In this document: positions 38,124 to 50,602 of the stretch, piece after piece
How the letters are laid out: every line of letters starts with the position of its first letter
How positions within the stretch are numbered: position 1 is the stretch's first letter
Position numbers and translations under genes: made by a program
The notes under the pieces: generated by a model
Databases searched by the model: none
Told to the model about the DNA's origin: nothing
What the model saw: only the letters and a program-made list of their open reading frames with translations
Origin: Eledone cirrhosa
Lineage: Eukaryota
Direction of reading: 5' to 3'
Length of the DNA stretch: 64,000 nucleotides
Assembly: GCA_964016885.1 (NCBI GenBank)
Contig: OZ024745.1
Span: forward strand, 134,292,001 to 134,356,000

Positions 38124-38577
38124 GAAATTTTAGTAAGTAAGTTAATTTTTATAATTTTCTTATTTTACGTCTCTCATATTATTGTTCTGCATCCCCATGC
38201 ATTGAACCACAAAGTTACTAAGACAAAACCTATATATTTGCTGGCATAGGTATGCATCTGTATATATATGTTAGTAGATATACTAATTCTTTATATAGAT
38301 ATATATATATATTTTTATTTATATATATATATATTAAAATAACAGATTCAAGTTTAAGCAAAGAATCGCTGCTTTCACCCTTAATGGGATCTTCTGAGTT
38401 TCAGAAGATCCCGTTAAGGGTGAAAGCAGCGATTCTTTGCTTAAACTTTAATCTGTTATTTTAATAAATATTTGCTCTAGGGTTCTTATACATTTGATAT
38501 ATATTTATCCTTATCGAACCCTCTTTGGATTTTAGTCTTCACATTTATCATTATTACTATATATATATATATATATA

Positions 38578-39410
38578 TTACCAAATACAAGTTCACATCA
38601 AATTTTGATTTACAAATATTTCATCATTAGGACTTTTCAAAATCAATCATTTTATGAACAATTACCTCAGCACGTTCATCTTTTCGAATGCACCAAAAAA
38701 TCACGGTGAATCTTTATTTACATATATATGAACATATATACTTTGATTAGAAGGCCTTTTTGTGAGTGTGTGCCCAGGAGTATGTAGTGTGGGAGTGACT
38801 GTGTACATGGGTGCACGCATCTTGGGAAAAAAAATCCTTTTTGGTATGTATAATGAATATGTTATATTGAGAAAAGTAGATTGCCTTTGGTTACTAGAAT
38901 GCTGGAGTGAAAGAATGTCATGCTATAGTACTCTTTGGTTACTAGAATGCTGGAGTGAAAGAATGCCATGCTATAGTACTCTTTGGTTACTAGAATGCTG
39001 GAGTGAAAGAATGTCATGCTATAGTACTCTTTGGTTACTAGAATGCTGGAGTGGAAGAATGTCATGCTATAGTACTCTTTGGTTACTAGAATGCTGGAGT
39101 GAAAGAATGTCATGCTATAGTACTCTTTGGTTACTAGAATGCTGGAGTGAAAGAATGCCATGCTATAGTACTCTTTGGTTACTAGAATGCTGGAGTGAAA
39201 GAATGTCATACTGTAGTACTCAACTATTATCACTTAATGCTGAATATTGGCATTTTGTAAAATGTAAACAAAGATTCACCGTGATTTTTTGGTGCATTCG
39301 AAAAGATGAACGTGCTGAGGTAATTGTTCATAAAATGATTGATTTTGATAAGTTCTAATGAGGATGAAATATTTGTAAATCAAAATTTGATGTGAACTTG
39401 TATTTAGTAA
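38578..39410. mobile_element. Foldback/MITE-like element: ~145-bp inverted repeats around a 48-bp minisatellite
   Basis: 38578-38722 is the near reverse complement of 39263-39410; TA-flanked; seven 48-bp units at 38885-39220. Confidence 0.72.
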
Positions 39411-40054
39411 TATATTCTAATGCGTAATTATTTTAACAAAATAGGAATTTGTATACAAGCTTTTTGGAAAAAACTTTTTTAAAGAAGTATGATACGTAGC
39501 CTTATGTACAGTTTATTATAATAAATTACCATATTTTGAGCTAATATAACTTCTCCACCTACTTCTTTCCAGTTTTTATATTTGAAAACCAAGTTCTTTA
39601 TATGTATATATATATTGCAGAAGATATGTTGCTTATAAGTAGTTGTTATGTCATAACTTCTTGAGGTCAAGCTGGTCCAAGCGATCCAAAAGGACTTCAT
39701 GTCAGTAGTTTATCCCTGGAAGGTGTTGGTAATTAGGAGTAACGGAGTAATCATTTATCAAATAAGAGTAGTTAAGACAGGATTAAATCACCATAATTGT
39801 TTATTGCATGATATATATTTCTGTTACATGATTATGCATGTGACTTTATCAGATGCTTATGCAATCATATGTGAAATTATGCAATCATTGGGATATGCTG
39901 CTGGCCATATACAACTATCCTGTAGTGATGGCAACAAGTATATGAATCTCTATATTAGGTTCTAGTAGTATATGTATCCACCATCTGATTGGTTGAAATA
40001 ATGCAATAAACAATATAGTGAAATAATCCAGTCTTAACTACTATTATTTGATAA

Positions 40055-40189
40055 TAGAGTTACGACCCTTACCATTCTGAGTTCAAATCCCGCCAAGGTT
40101 AACTTTGCCTTTCATCCTTACGGGGTCGATAAAATAAAGTACCAGTAATGTACTGGGTAATTGCTGGCCTTGTGCCAAAAGTAGAAACA
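40055..40189 (+). mobile_element. SINE family A (core tttcatccttacggggtcgataaaataaagtaccagt) with 12-bp TSD
   Basis: TSD attatttgataa at 40043-40054 and 40190-40201; B-box-like gagttcaaatccc; other copies at about 25, 222, 13748, 19160, 24207, 24408, 32890, 50955, 52740, 56600, 56745 and 57505. Confidence 0.85.
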
Positions 40190-40795
40190 ATTATTTGATA
40201 AATGAATACGCCATCACTTCTAATCATCAACTCTTACCTTGGACAAACTACTGACGTAAAGAAAAATCAACCAATCAGAAGGCGGATACAGCTATAACTG
40301 AGTCGAAGGACCTTTCATGCCAAGTTTGAACATGATTGGTTTACTGGTTTTTGAGTGCATTGGTAACAAACAAACCAACAAACAAGCAATTTTATATAAA
40401 TAGATTGGTCGTAAAGGATAATTGCTTTAAGTAGTGTTGGATAACTAAGAAATAATATGTTTTGTTTAAAAGCCAAAATAATGCCAGTAAATTACAAAAT
40501 TTTAATGATTTCACATTAACCCTTTAGCATTTAAAACGACCATATCCGGCCAGAATTCTCTCACCTTTTTCTGTTTAAACTGGCCATAACTGGCCACTCA
40601 TACTGATGTTAAGGTATTGTTTTCATAATAAATAATATCAAAATCTCATAGATTCGATATTATGTGAGATATTATGTAAGATAAAGTGTTTACCATGAAA
40701 ATACAATAGTATATATAGAGTCATTACTTGGTTTACGGAAAACAATCAGACAAATATGAAGCATTACAATTTAAATTAAAAACAAAAGAACATAC

Positions 40796-41048
40796 TAGAA
40801 ATAGGTTGTTTAGTAATATTGAGATTCAGTGTGATGTTGCCAAGATAAGCCAGCAGCACCATTGCAGAGTATACTGGTTTACGCACAAACTGCACATGAG
40901 GTGGTTTTGTGTTATTCATTTGGAATCTTGCAAACAGAGTACGCTGAGTAAACTGGTGTGGGAAGTAGCTTAAGAAAGCATTATCATTGCTCAATAAGGT
41001 GAAATTGATGGACTTCAGAAGCTTTGATTTTTGGTGAAGAGCAATTAC
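40796..41048 (-). CDS. IDUA: IDUA exon 8
   Basis: VIALHQ...[53 protein letters not shown]...; the GTATGT donor at 40795 gives phase 1 (3' boundary less certain). Confidence 0.88.
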
Positions 41049-41749
41049 CTGACAAAAGAACATAAACGCCATAAATATTCCACGTGAATAGATTAATTAA
41101 TACAACATGAATATTGCCAGACATTAGAATTAAACTAGTCTAGGAATTACATTGTTTCTATAGCATTAAACAAATTAGAGAAGCATTTAATATACATTTA
41201 TACATCTTAAACATGGGTGGAGGTGGTGAGAGCTGACCTCAGATCGCTGAAGCTCACGGAGAAGATGACGAAGGACCATGACAAATGGAGAGATGCTGTG
41301 CTGATTAGGACCCATCCCACCCTTGCAAGCAGGCAAAAACAGACGTAAGATGATGATGATGATGACATCTTTTGTTTTCTTTTTAGAATAACTGAATAAC
41401 TGGATTTATTTTGTAAAAGATAGAGAAAAAGAAAGCAGCATTGTAAAGGACTATAAATGAGAGAAAAAGGAGGGAAGAGCAAGGACTACTAGACAAAGGA
41501 AGTGGTGACAGTGACAGACTCTACACCTAGGTCAGAATGGTGTTTCAGCTGCAACCCGCGGACAAAATGGCAAAGACATTTCTACAGAAAATGGCCAGCA
41601 ACACACGCAGCAGCAGCCACCCCACCTAGTGTTGCTCCTTCTTTAGGTGGGCTGCTATCGATCAGCTTTTTAAAATCTGCTTTGCATACTGGCATAGGTT
41701 GGATCAATTGTCACTGTTATTATTCAGAGTTACTGGACAACCCCACATC

Positions 41750-42447
41750 CCCACATCCCCACACCACCACACTACCACACCACCACACCACCACACTACC
41801 ACACCACCACACCACCACACCATCCCACGACACCACCACACCACACCACCACACTACCACACCACCACACCACCTCACTACCACACCACCACACCACCCC
41901 ACCACCCCATCACACCACCTCATCACCACACCACCACACTACCACACCACCACACCACCACACCACACTACCACACCACACCACCACACTACCACACCAC
42001 CCCACGACACCACAACACCACCTCATCACCACACCACCACACCACCAAACTACCGCACTACCACACCACCACCACACCACACCACACCACCACACCACCA
42101 CCACACCACCACACCACACTACCACACCACCACACCGCCACACCACCACACCACCACACTACCACACCACCACACTACCACACCACCACACCATCCCACG
42201 ACACCACCACACCACACCACCACACCATCCCACGACACCACCACACCACCACACTACCCCACGACGCCACCACACTACCACACCACCACACCACCACACC
42301 ACTACACTACCACCACACCACTACACTACCACACCACCACAATACCACACCACCACACTACCACCCCACGACACTACCACCACACCACCACACTACCACA
42401 CCACCACACTACCACACCACCACACTACCACACGACCATACTACCAC
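41750..42447. repeat. CAC/ACCAC low-complexity tract next to the RTE 3' tail
   Basis: Degenerate (accac)n/(cac)n. Confidence 0.92.
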
Positions 42448-42489
42448 AATTGCTCTATATCTTGGAGACAGGATTCCCATCACCTTCCT

Positions 42490-45400
42490 CATGATCATCA
42501 TCATCATCGTGTAACATCCATCTTCCACGCCAGCATGGGTTTGGACGGGAATTTTCCCACTTGAGGCAAGATTTGTTGTCCTGCTCGTATAGGACTGTCT
42601 GGCGGGTTTTCTACGGCTGGATGCCCTTCCTAACACCAACCACGTTAACAGTGTGGACTGGGAGGTTTTTACCGTGTTACCTACACGGCCACATTACAGC
42701 GTGGACTGTGTGTTTTTTTGTCGTGACACCTACACGCCCTCATTTGTTTTGGACTGGATGTTGTGGTACCAACAAAACTTTACATTGGAAGGGGCGGTGT
42801 AGATGTGGTGGGGGTAGTGGGGCCGGGGTGTATTTTGTTAGAGGTGCCTACTGACTGTAGGTTTTGCTTTGTACTTAGGCAAGGCGGGTCTTCTGTATTA
42901 CTGTGTATCGCCAAAGATCTCGGTCCAGTGACATTGTCTTGGAGAGGTGTAAGTGTGTGAGGCCGGAATTTAGCAAGTCGTCCCAGGTTTTTCTGGGTCT
43001 GCCTACTCTGTGGCTACCGTCTATTTTTATTGCCCTGCACTTTTTTATACAGCTGTCGTCTTTCATGCGCATCACGTGACCGTACCAACGTAGTCTTCTC
43101 TCGAGTAAACAGCATCTGATCCCTCTTATTCCTAATTTCTCCCTTAGTTCGTTTATGCTTTGCCGTTCATGTATATTACTATTACACATCCAGCAGAGCA
43201 TGCAAGCTTCGTTCCTCTCCAGTCTGCGTATATCCTCTGCACACAATGCCCAGATCTCACTGCCATGCAACATTGCTGTTCGTATGCAGGCATCATACAA
43301 CCTGCCTTTCATTTTTAGTGAGAACCCTTTAGCGGCCAATAGTGGTATAAGCTCTCTGAATTTTTTCCATCCCGTTCTGACACTAGCTAGTGTACTTTCG
43401 GAGCACCCTCCACCACTGCTGATTTTGTCACCCAGGTAAAGGAAGGTGTCCACTATTTCTATAGAACCATCTGTGCAATGGAATGAGCTAGTATTCTGTG
43501 GGGACTTGCTGCTACTTATTGCACCAGAGCACCGGCCACATATAAAATCTATATTCTTAGTTAGCTTACCTGTGATCCCACTACATCTTTTATGCACCCA
43601 TACTTTGCATTTGGGACATAAAATGGAGTTTCTGCCTACTCCTTTCCTACACACTGAGCATGGCCATTTCCCAGATGGGGCTGGTGCCCTATTTTCCTTC
43701 CTACAAACTAGAACTTTAGCCTTCGACAGGTTAATTTTAAGGCCTTTTGATTCTAGGCCATGCTTCCATATTTGGAATTTCTTCTCTAGTTCGGCCATTG
43801 ATTCAGCTATGAGCGTTAGATCATCTGCGTATAGGAGTTCCCATGGGCAGCCGGTCTTGAACTCCTCTGTTATAACCTGAAGGGCAATAATAAATAGGAG
43901 GGGGCTAAGGACGGAGCCCTGATGAACACCAACCTTTACGCTAAACTCTTCACTATCTTCGTTGTTAATTCTAACCTTGCTGACTGTTTCTTTATACATG
44001 GCTTGTATAGCTCTCACAAGTCATTCATCAACACCTAGTTTTCTAAGAGCCCACCAGATAATGGAGCAGGGGACTCTGTCAAAGGCTTTCTTCAAGTCAA
44101 CAAAAGCTAAGTATAGGGGTTTACTTTTAGCTAGGTACTTCTCCTGTAGTTGTCATACAATGAAAAGAGCGTCTGTGGTACTTTTACCTGACCCAAACCC
44201 GAACTGCATTTCATCTAGATCAATTCACTCTCTGATTAGTTGCGCTATTACTTTTTCTGTGACCTTCATGACCTGGTCGATTAATTTAATGCCTCTATAG
44301 TTACCCCTATCTAGGGCATCTCCTTTACCCTTGTAGCAGTTAATGATGATGCTGCTACGCCAGTCCTTGGGAACGACCCCATTCTGTATGACTTGGTTTA
44401 CTATCCGGGTGACCATAGTGTGTCCCACCGTTCCAGATGCTTTCAGCATTTCAGCAACTATTTCCGAAGGCCCAGCCGCCTTACCCGTCTTCATATCTTT
44501 GATTGCCTTACTTATTATACTACCTTCAACTAGCACTGCTGGTCCCTCTATTGGATCGATGTGGAGGAGACTGTCTTTCTCCCAATTATTCTCCTCATTT
44601 AGTAGCCTTTCGTAGTGACACTTCCAAGCTACCTTCTTATCAGCGTCAGTGATGGCAAGTACACCATCATCATTAAGGACACACTTCTCCCCGACAATAT
44701 CACTGTTTTCCTTGACGCATTGCCTAGCAATCCTGAACACCTCACGTTTTTGGTCCTCGCATTGTAGAACATGCTTGAACTTTCTTTCCTCTGCTTCCCT
44801 TCTTGCGAAGTATACTTGTCTCCTAGCTTCCCTCCTGGCCACTTGATAGTATTCTCTACTTCCCCCATCCTTTCCAAGCCTGCTTTTTGGCCTTAATTGA
44901 CTCCTCCACCTTACTGTTCCACCACCACGTTACTCTCCTCCTGCCTATAGGCCTGCTCCAGCCACAGACATCATCTGCCGCCTTCAGCAGGTTAGCTTTC
45001 AGGAATTCCCACTGTTCCTCTATATTGTACGACTAATTGCTCTTCCTTACTGTCAAAAGCATCAAGTAATATGCTTTTAAATTTATTACTGGCTGTGGGG
45101 TCCTTTAGCTTCCATATTTTTCTCCTGAGGATAGTCTTCCTCTGTTGTCGAGTACGTGTTGTCCTGACTATGCGGTCGCTGACTATGAGTATGTTGGGAG
45201 GTGCATTCTTCGTGGGGGAGGGATTTAGTGTTTACAACAGACACTCTATCACGACTTCTGGTAAGGATATAATCTATCTGACTGGCGTGTTCCCCTGATC
45301 TATAGGTGATCAAGTGATTGTCTCGTTTTTTGAAGTTAGTGTTACAGACAGTTAGGTTATTTGCGTCACAGAATTCCAGGATTCTGGAGCCTTCCTCATT

Positions 45401-46090
45401 TCTAGTACCAAACCCATAGCCTCCATGAATTCCATCATAGCCATCACAATGTTGTCCAACGTGACCATTTAGGTCGCCAGCAATAATTATGTAGTCACTG
45501 TTGGTTATTTGGGAGGTCGTGAGCATCAATATCTCATAGAATCTATCTTTTATAACGCCAGGCAGTCCGGATTGGGGTGCGTACGCAGATATTACTGTCA
45601 CAGTAGTTCTATTTTGGACAAGTCTTATTTTAATTATTCTGTCGTTCACTCTATTTACATCTATTATCTTATCTACCCATTTTTCTGCTAACATGATTCC
45701 TATCCCACCCAGCCCATTGTCATTTCCCACCCAGAAAAGCTTATAGCATCGTTTTTTACCCACAATGAATCTAGCAGACCCACCCCTCCACCTGGTCTCT
45801 TGGATACAGCAAACATCAACCTCCTTGCGTTCAAGCATTTCTACAACCTCGTTAGAGCGACCTTTTAAGGTGCCTACATTCATGGTACCAACTCTGAAGT
45901 TTTGGATTGCGTTTGGTGGGTGAGAACGGTGGGGCACAGGGAGGGGGCCGGGGTTGGGGTTATGTTGGCCATCCGCGGCCGAAACAAAGAGGAGGAGTCC
46001 TTGCCTTTTCGTTCGTCATCTGCACTGTAATTCAGTTGCCTCTGGAACTGATCTTGAGTAATGACTGAAAGATCTTGGGTAAAGTGCAAA
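42490..46090 (-). mobile_element. Near full-length RTE-clade LINE (APE endonuclease, RT, PHD finger), inactivated
   Basis: APE (VCCIQETRW, GDLNGHVG, SQIDYIL) at 45086..45937; RT (NYRGIKL, QFGF, GVHQGSVLSP, YADD) at 42875..44842 with in-frame TGA stops and frameshifts; 3' UTR ending in a (GAT)n tail near 42490-42508. The 5' end is approximate. Confidence 0.92.
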
Positions 46091-46437
46091 AGATTTTATC
46101 TGTTGGATTATTTGTTACATAGAGTTGAGATTAAGTAAGAGATGGAGGACAAGAATGAATGTATGAAAAGGATTGAACTGGAGGGGAATATAGTAAGGGT
46201 ACCAGAGAAAGAGAGAGAAAAATGCTTATAATGATAATCTATTTTATTCGTTTAGACCTGATACACAATGTATATGTGTATAATGTATGCTATATCAAAT
46301 GTATGTAGGAAGTAATTAGCCTTAGTATAGGACCAGCAAATAAATAAGTTGCCTTGCTCAAGAGTATGATGTAATATTCATAACAAAATTTCAACCTTAA
46401 TGTGAATATATCTATAAATATCTAAAATGGAACTCAC

Positions 46438-46516
46438 CTTCACCACCAAAGATGCATATGTAACATCTGCTCGCCATGACCGAGGTTTGCTCCAACCAAC
46501 CAGAGGGTCACCCTCA
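46438..46516 (-). CDS. IDUA: IDUA exon 7 (nucleophile Glu of NDE)
   Basis: [26 protein letters not shown]; completes the NDE.DPLVGWS nucleophile motif. Confidence 0.95.
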
Positions 46517-46579
46517 CTGATAAACAAGAAAATAATATATATATAAATAAACAAGATGACTTCTTTGACATTTCAGCAC

Positions 46580-46731
46580 TACACAGAGAAATGGTAAGCA
46601 TCAGATACACAGAGAAATGGTAACTATCAGCTACAGAGAAATGATAAGCATCAGCTACAGAGAAATGGTAACTATCAGCTACAGAGAAATGGCAACTATC
46701 AGCTACAGAGAAATAGTAAGCATCAGCTACA
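46580..46731. repeat. 24-bp tandem repeat, ~6 copies
   Basis: Unit ctacagagaaatggtaactatcag. Confidence 0.88.
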
Positions 46732-46737
46732 TGCATC

Positions 46738-46974
46738 CTATTCTCCTGATTTGATTCCATATGACTTTCATGTTCCCAACATGAAAAACACTTGACTGCG
46801 AACCAGTATCGCAGTGATGATGATGTCATGTCTGCTGTTGATGACTTTTTTGACCAACAGGATGGAAAAAATGTGTGGACTGCAAAGGAGACGATGTTGA
46901 AAAATATACCTCATTTGGTGACATTCCATGAGAGTATCTTAGTCAGACTATGAACTTTTCAGTTGACCCTCGTA
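46738..46974 (+). mobile_element. mariner transposon 3' remnant
   Basis: YSPDL.P.DFH..PNMK and QYRSDDDVMSAVDDFFDQQD remnants; terminus ...gttgaccctcgTA. Confidence 0.7.
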
Positions 46975-47088
46975 TGAATAGGCAAATATATACATATTCA
47001 GAATTGTTCACCCACTCTCAGTAGTGGACAGCAGATAGGAAATATGGATGAAAAATGGTATTAAAAAAAAAACAACAGAATTACTCAC

Positions 47089-47189
47089 TCATTATAGAAA
47101 GGTGTTGATAGTAAAGATGGGTATTTGGTATAAATTTCTTTTGAAAGACGTTTTTCAAGTTCAAGAATATGGTTTGCCATTCCATCTCC
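47089..47189 (-). CDS. IDUA: IDUA exon 6
   Basis: GDGMANHILELEKRLSKEIYTKYPSLLSTPFYN-D; GTGAGT donor, phase 2. Confidence 0.88.
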
Positions 47190-48190
47190 CTTGGGTCAAA
47201 CATATATTAAAGAAGTAATTATTCTCATTGTAATTATACAAGCTGCAAGAATAAATAAATTAATTCATTAAATAAAAATGGCATAGACATACAATACAAC
47301 GAGAGGAAACATAATAGTACTAACATTGATTGCCAGATAAATTAACTATGGAGATATAAAAGATACAGAAGCGTAAACCAACCCAAACCAAACAGTGTGT
47401 GTGTTCTGTTATTATTTCTGGCAATATTATAACAATATGACCCTCCCCAAATATAACAATATTTGTTTCAACACACGATTTCATTTCAAAAACGTTGCAA
47501 AATAATATATATAATTATACATAAGTAAATTTGTCACCAATATACTTAACATCTCAATGAAATAAGATCACTAAAATAAATCTAATTGAAAGCAGCAAAT
47601 ACATATAGAAGATCTTATACAAAATCACTGAAGTCATCTAAAATAAGAAAACTTCCCAAGCATCTTTCTCTGGGGGTAGAGTCTTAGTTAAGCAAACCTA
47701 AAGCTAGAAGACTTCACCGAGTTCCTGTAGTTTCCAAGACCAGGAACAGTACTGACCATCCCAATAGATTGAGACAATCCATCCTGATGCTTGTGTTCCT
47801 ATCTTAGATCACCTTACTGAGACCTACCCCTCAGTGATTTTATATAAGATGCTCTATATATATCATAATCATAATTATTTTTACAGACAATCTTCCATGT
47901 TGGTATGAGCAGGGTGAGACTTTTGGAGAAGTATTCTACAGCTGAATGCCCTTCTCACCTTCAAATACCAAGAAATAAACCTATGCATGGGCTCCCTGTC
48001 TTTCTCTCTCTCTCTTTCTCTCTAAATTGGATGTTGTAACATAAATGTCCCTGCTCAGCAAGTCTAAATATGTTCACATATATCAAATTTACTAAGTTCT
48101 AATCTAAAGTGTTAGCAGAATAATCCATAAAGCAGCATAAAATATCAAGAGAAAGTTGGTTCCAGAAATATATAAGAAGCATTAAGTCAC

Positions 48191-48405
48191 CTTCAGATGC
48201 CAAGAAATAAAATCTATACGTGTATCCCTCATTCCAGTAAAAATGTTCACTCCATTAACCACATGATCTAAAAGAGCAATTGCATATTTCTTGTTTCCTC
48301 TATGGTGTTTTTTATAAAAACAACCATCACCAGGTCCACCAAATATCAACCTTTTGTCAGCAGCTTTCAGTCCTTCAGAAGAAGCATCATAATAATTGAG
48401 AAATC
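48191..48405 (-). CDS. IDUA: IDUA exon 5
   Basis: FLNYYDASSEGLKAADKRLIFGGPGD...VNGVNIFTGMRDTRIDFISWHLK; canonical splice sites. Confidence 0.94.
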
Positions 48406-48779
48406 CTGAAAGAGAAAATTGATATAAGTGAAATTTTCTTTTTCTTATTTGACTATATTAAAATTGGTGATTAGATCATCTAACTAACCCTTTCACGACT
48501 GCATTTTTAATGAAATACACTTTATTTTAATTAATTTTGAGGGATTTACTAAAATGATGATCATGGTGATTTCCTTTCAGCCCCAAATGTTTTTTAAGTG
48601 GTAACCTTTAGCTCCAATTTCATATCATTAAGCAGAAGAGAAATACATCTTTTGATAAACACCTATTTATTTGTGGTAGCATTCGAGCTTTGATATAACC
48701 TACTCCTAAGGCTAGATGAGCTAACACATAGAATGTAAGTGTACATTCCAAATATGCAATGAAAAGCAAAATGTTTGCT

Positions 48780-49804
48780 ATTGCTTTTGACTGCAGAGAA
48801 ATGAAGCTCTGATGCTCAAAAAAAGATGTCTGGAAATGTTACTTCAAGAGGTGATGTATGCAGAGAATGGAGGAGGAGAGACTAACTCCAATTTACCAAA
48901 AGGAAAGGCCAGCTATTGAAATTGACAGTTATAGAGTCAATGAAGCAATCAAAGAGATAAAAAATGGTAAAGCTGCAGAACCATCAGAGAAAGTTGCTGA
49001 GATGCTAAAAGCAGCGAGAGAAGTAGGAGTCAAAGTAGTAACCTGCATAGTCAATCAGGGAATACAGGACAGTCATGCCCAATGACTGGTGGAGCAGTAC
49101 AATAAAAAATTGCTACAAGGATAAAGGTGATACTCTAGAAATGAGCAACTACAGAAGAATAAAACTAATGGACCAAGTTATGAAAGTGATAGAGTTATAA
49201 TGCAACTAATTAGAGAAAGAGTCAAATTAGATAAGATGCAGTTTGGTTTCATGCCGGGGAAAAGTACTACAGATGCCATCTTTTTAGTGAGCCAACTACA
49301 AGAGAAGTTCTCAGCCAAAAATAAACCACTATATTTAGCTTTTCTTGATCTAGGCCTTTGACAGAGTACCTTGATATGGTGGACCTTAAGAAAATTAGGT
49401 ATAGAAGAATGGCTTATAAGAGCAATGCAAGCTATGTACAGAGGAGCTGTCAGTAAAGATTCAGGTAGGAGTTCATCAGGGTTCAGTTCTTAGCCCACTG
49501 CTGTTCATCATAGTTCTCAAGGTCATAATAGAGGAGTTTAACACTGGCTGTCCATGGGAACTTTTCTAAGCTGACCATCTGGTCCTTATAGGTAAATCCA
49601 TACAAGAACTAGAGAATAAATTGACTATAAAAACAGAATTTGGAATCAAAATGGCTTAGAATAAACTTAGCCAAAACTAATGTGTAATAAGTAGGAAAGA
49701 AAATAGGACATTGATTCCTTCAGGGAAGCAGCCCTGCTCAATATGTAGAAAAGGAGTAGGCATAAACTCTATATGATGTACACAATGTAAATCTTGGATA
49801 CACA
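48780..49804 (+). mobile_element. Degenerate RTE LINE RT fragment
   Basis: GKAAEPSEKVAEML, QFGF, GVHQGSVLSPLLF and GCPWEL remnants. Confidence 0.85.
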
Positions 49805-50602
49805 TGTTTGCCTTTATTGGTACTAGTGACCCTGACAAGAGACCAATTCCTTCCATTATTATTCTCACAATCTTCAGAACATACAAGTATCTCCACCTTG
49901 AGAAGGCAATGTACATAGAGTGTGATAGTTGCTGATTGGTATCTTGGTGTCAGTATCTGCTAGTCATAGCTGTTGTGCTTTGTATTAAGTGAACTCTCGG
50001 AGTTAAGTCTCACACAGTCGTGGGGGATCACAAGGCGAGCAAGAAGGGCGTCACCGATCAACAGAGAAGAGGAGTACAAGGAACAAATTTTGTAATTTAC
50101 CGTTAATAAAAGCTTTTATTAAAACCCTCTATTACGTGTCATACATAACATAGAGTAAAAGTTACTTGTTGTTGTTCTAAGTATAAAGAAATAGATACTT
50201 CATCATCATCATCACTATTTTACGTCCATTCTTCTACGCTAGCATGGGTTAAACAGGTTGTCCTGTTGTGAGCAATGCCAGGTCAGGTGACCATGTCTTG
50301 GCCATATGGAACTGATTTGGGCTCTATTTCTACGTGTAGGCACCACAGTAAAAAAGCACCCAATACCCACTGTAAATGAGGTTGGTGTTAGGAAGGGCAT
50401 CCAGCTGTAGAAATCAAGCCAAAATCAGTTCTGTATGAGCAAGACATGGTTACCTGACCGGACACTGCCCACAACAGGACAACCCGTTTAACCCATGCTA
50501 GCGTGGAAGAACGGACATAAAATGGTGATGATGATACGTTGGAAAAAGAAAAATGAACTTTCATGTTATTTAATGAGGATTAAATGTTTATGCTCCACCA
50601 AC

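Larger units (their letters stand above)
37046..38294. repeat. ~530-bp repeat in inverted plus partial tandem arrangement (Penelope pLTR or retrozyme-like)
   Basis: Direct copies start at 37553 and 38083 (period 530); 37046-37543 is the reverse complement of about 37681-38179; partial copy at 35736-35963. Confidence 0.85.

Noticed and set aside
38762-39358. 198-aa repetitive ORF (WLLECWSERM)
   Set aside because: Translation of the 48-bp minisatellite.
41502-42514. 330-aa and 271-aa His/Thr/Pro-rich ORFs
   Set aside because: Translations of a CAC low-complexity tract with no splice or codon evidence.
43155-44846. Several plus-strand ORFs
   Set aside because: Antisense shadows of the RTE ORF.
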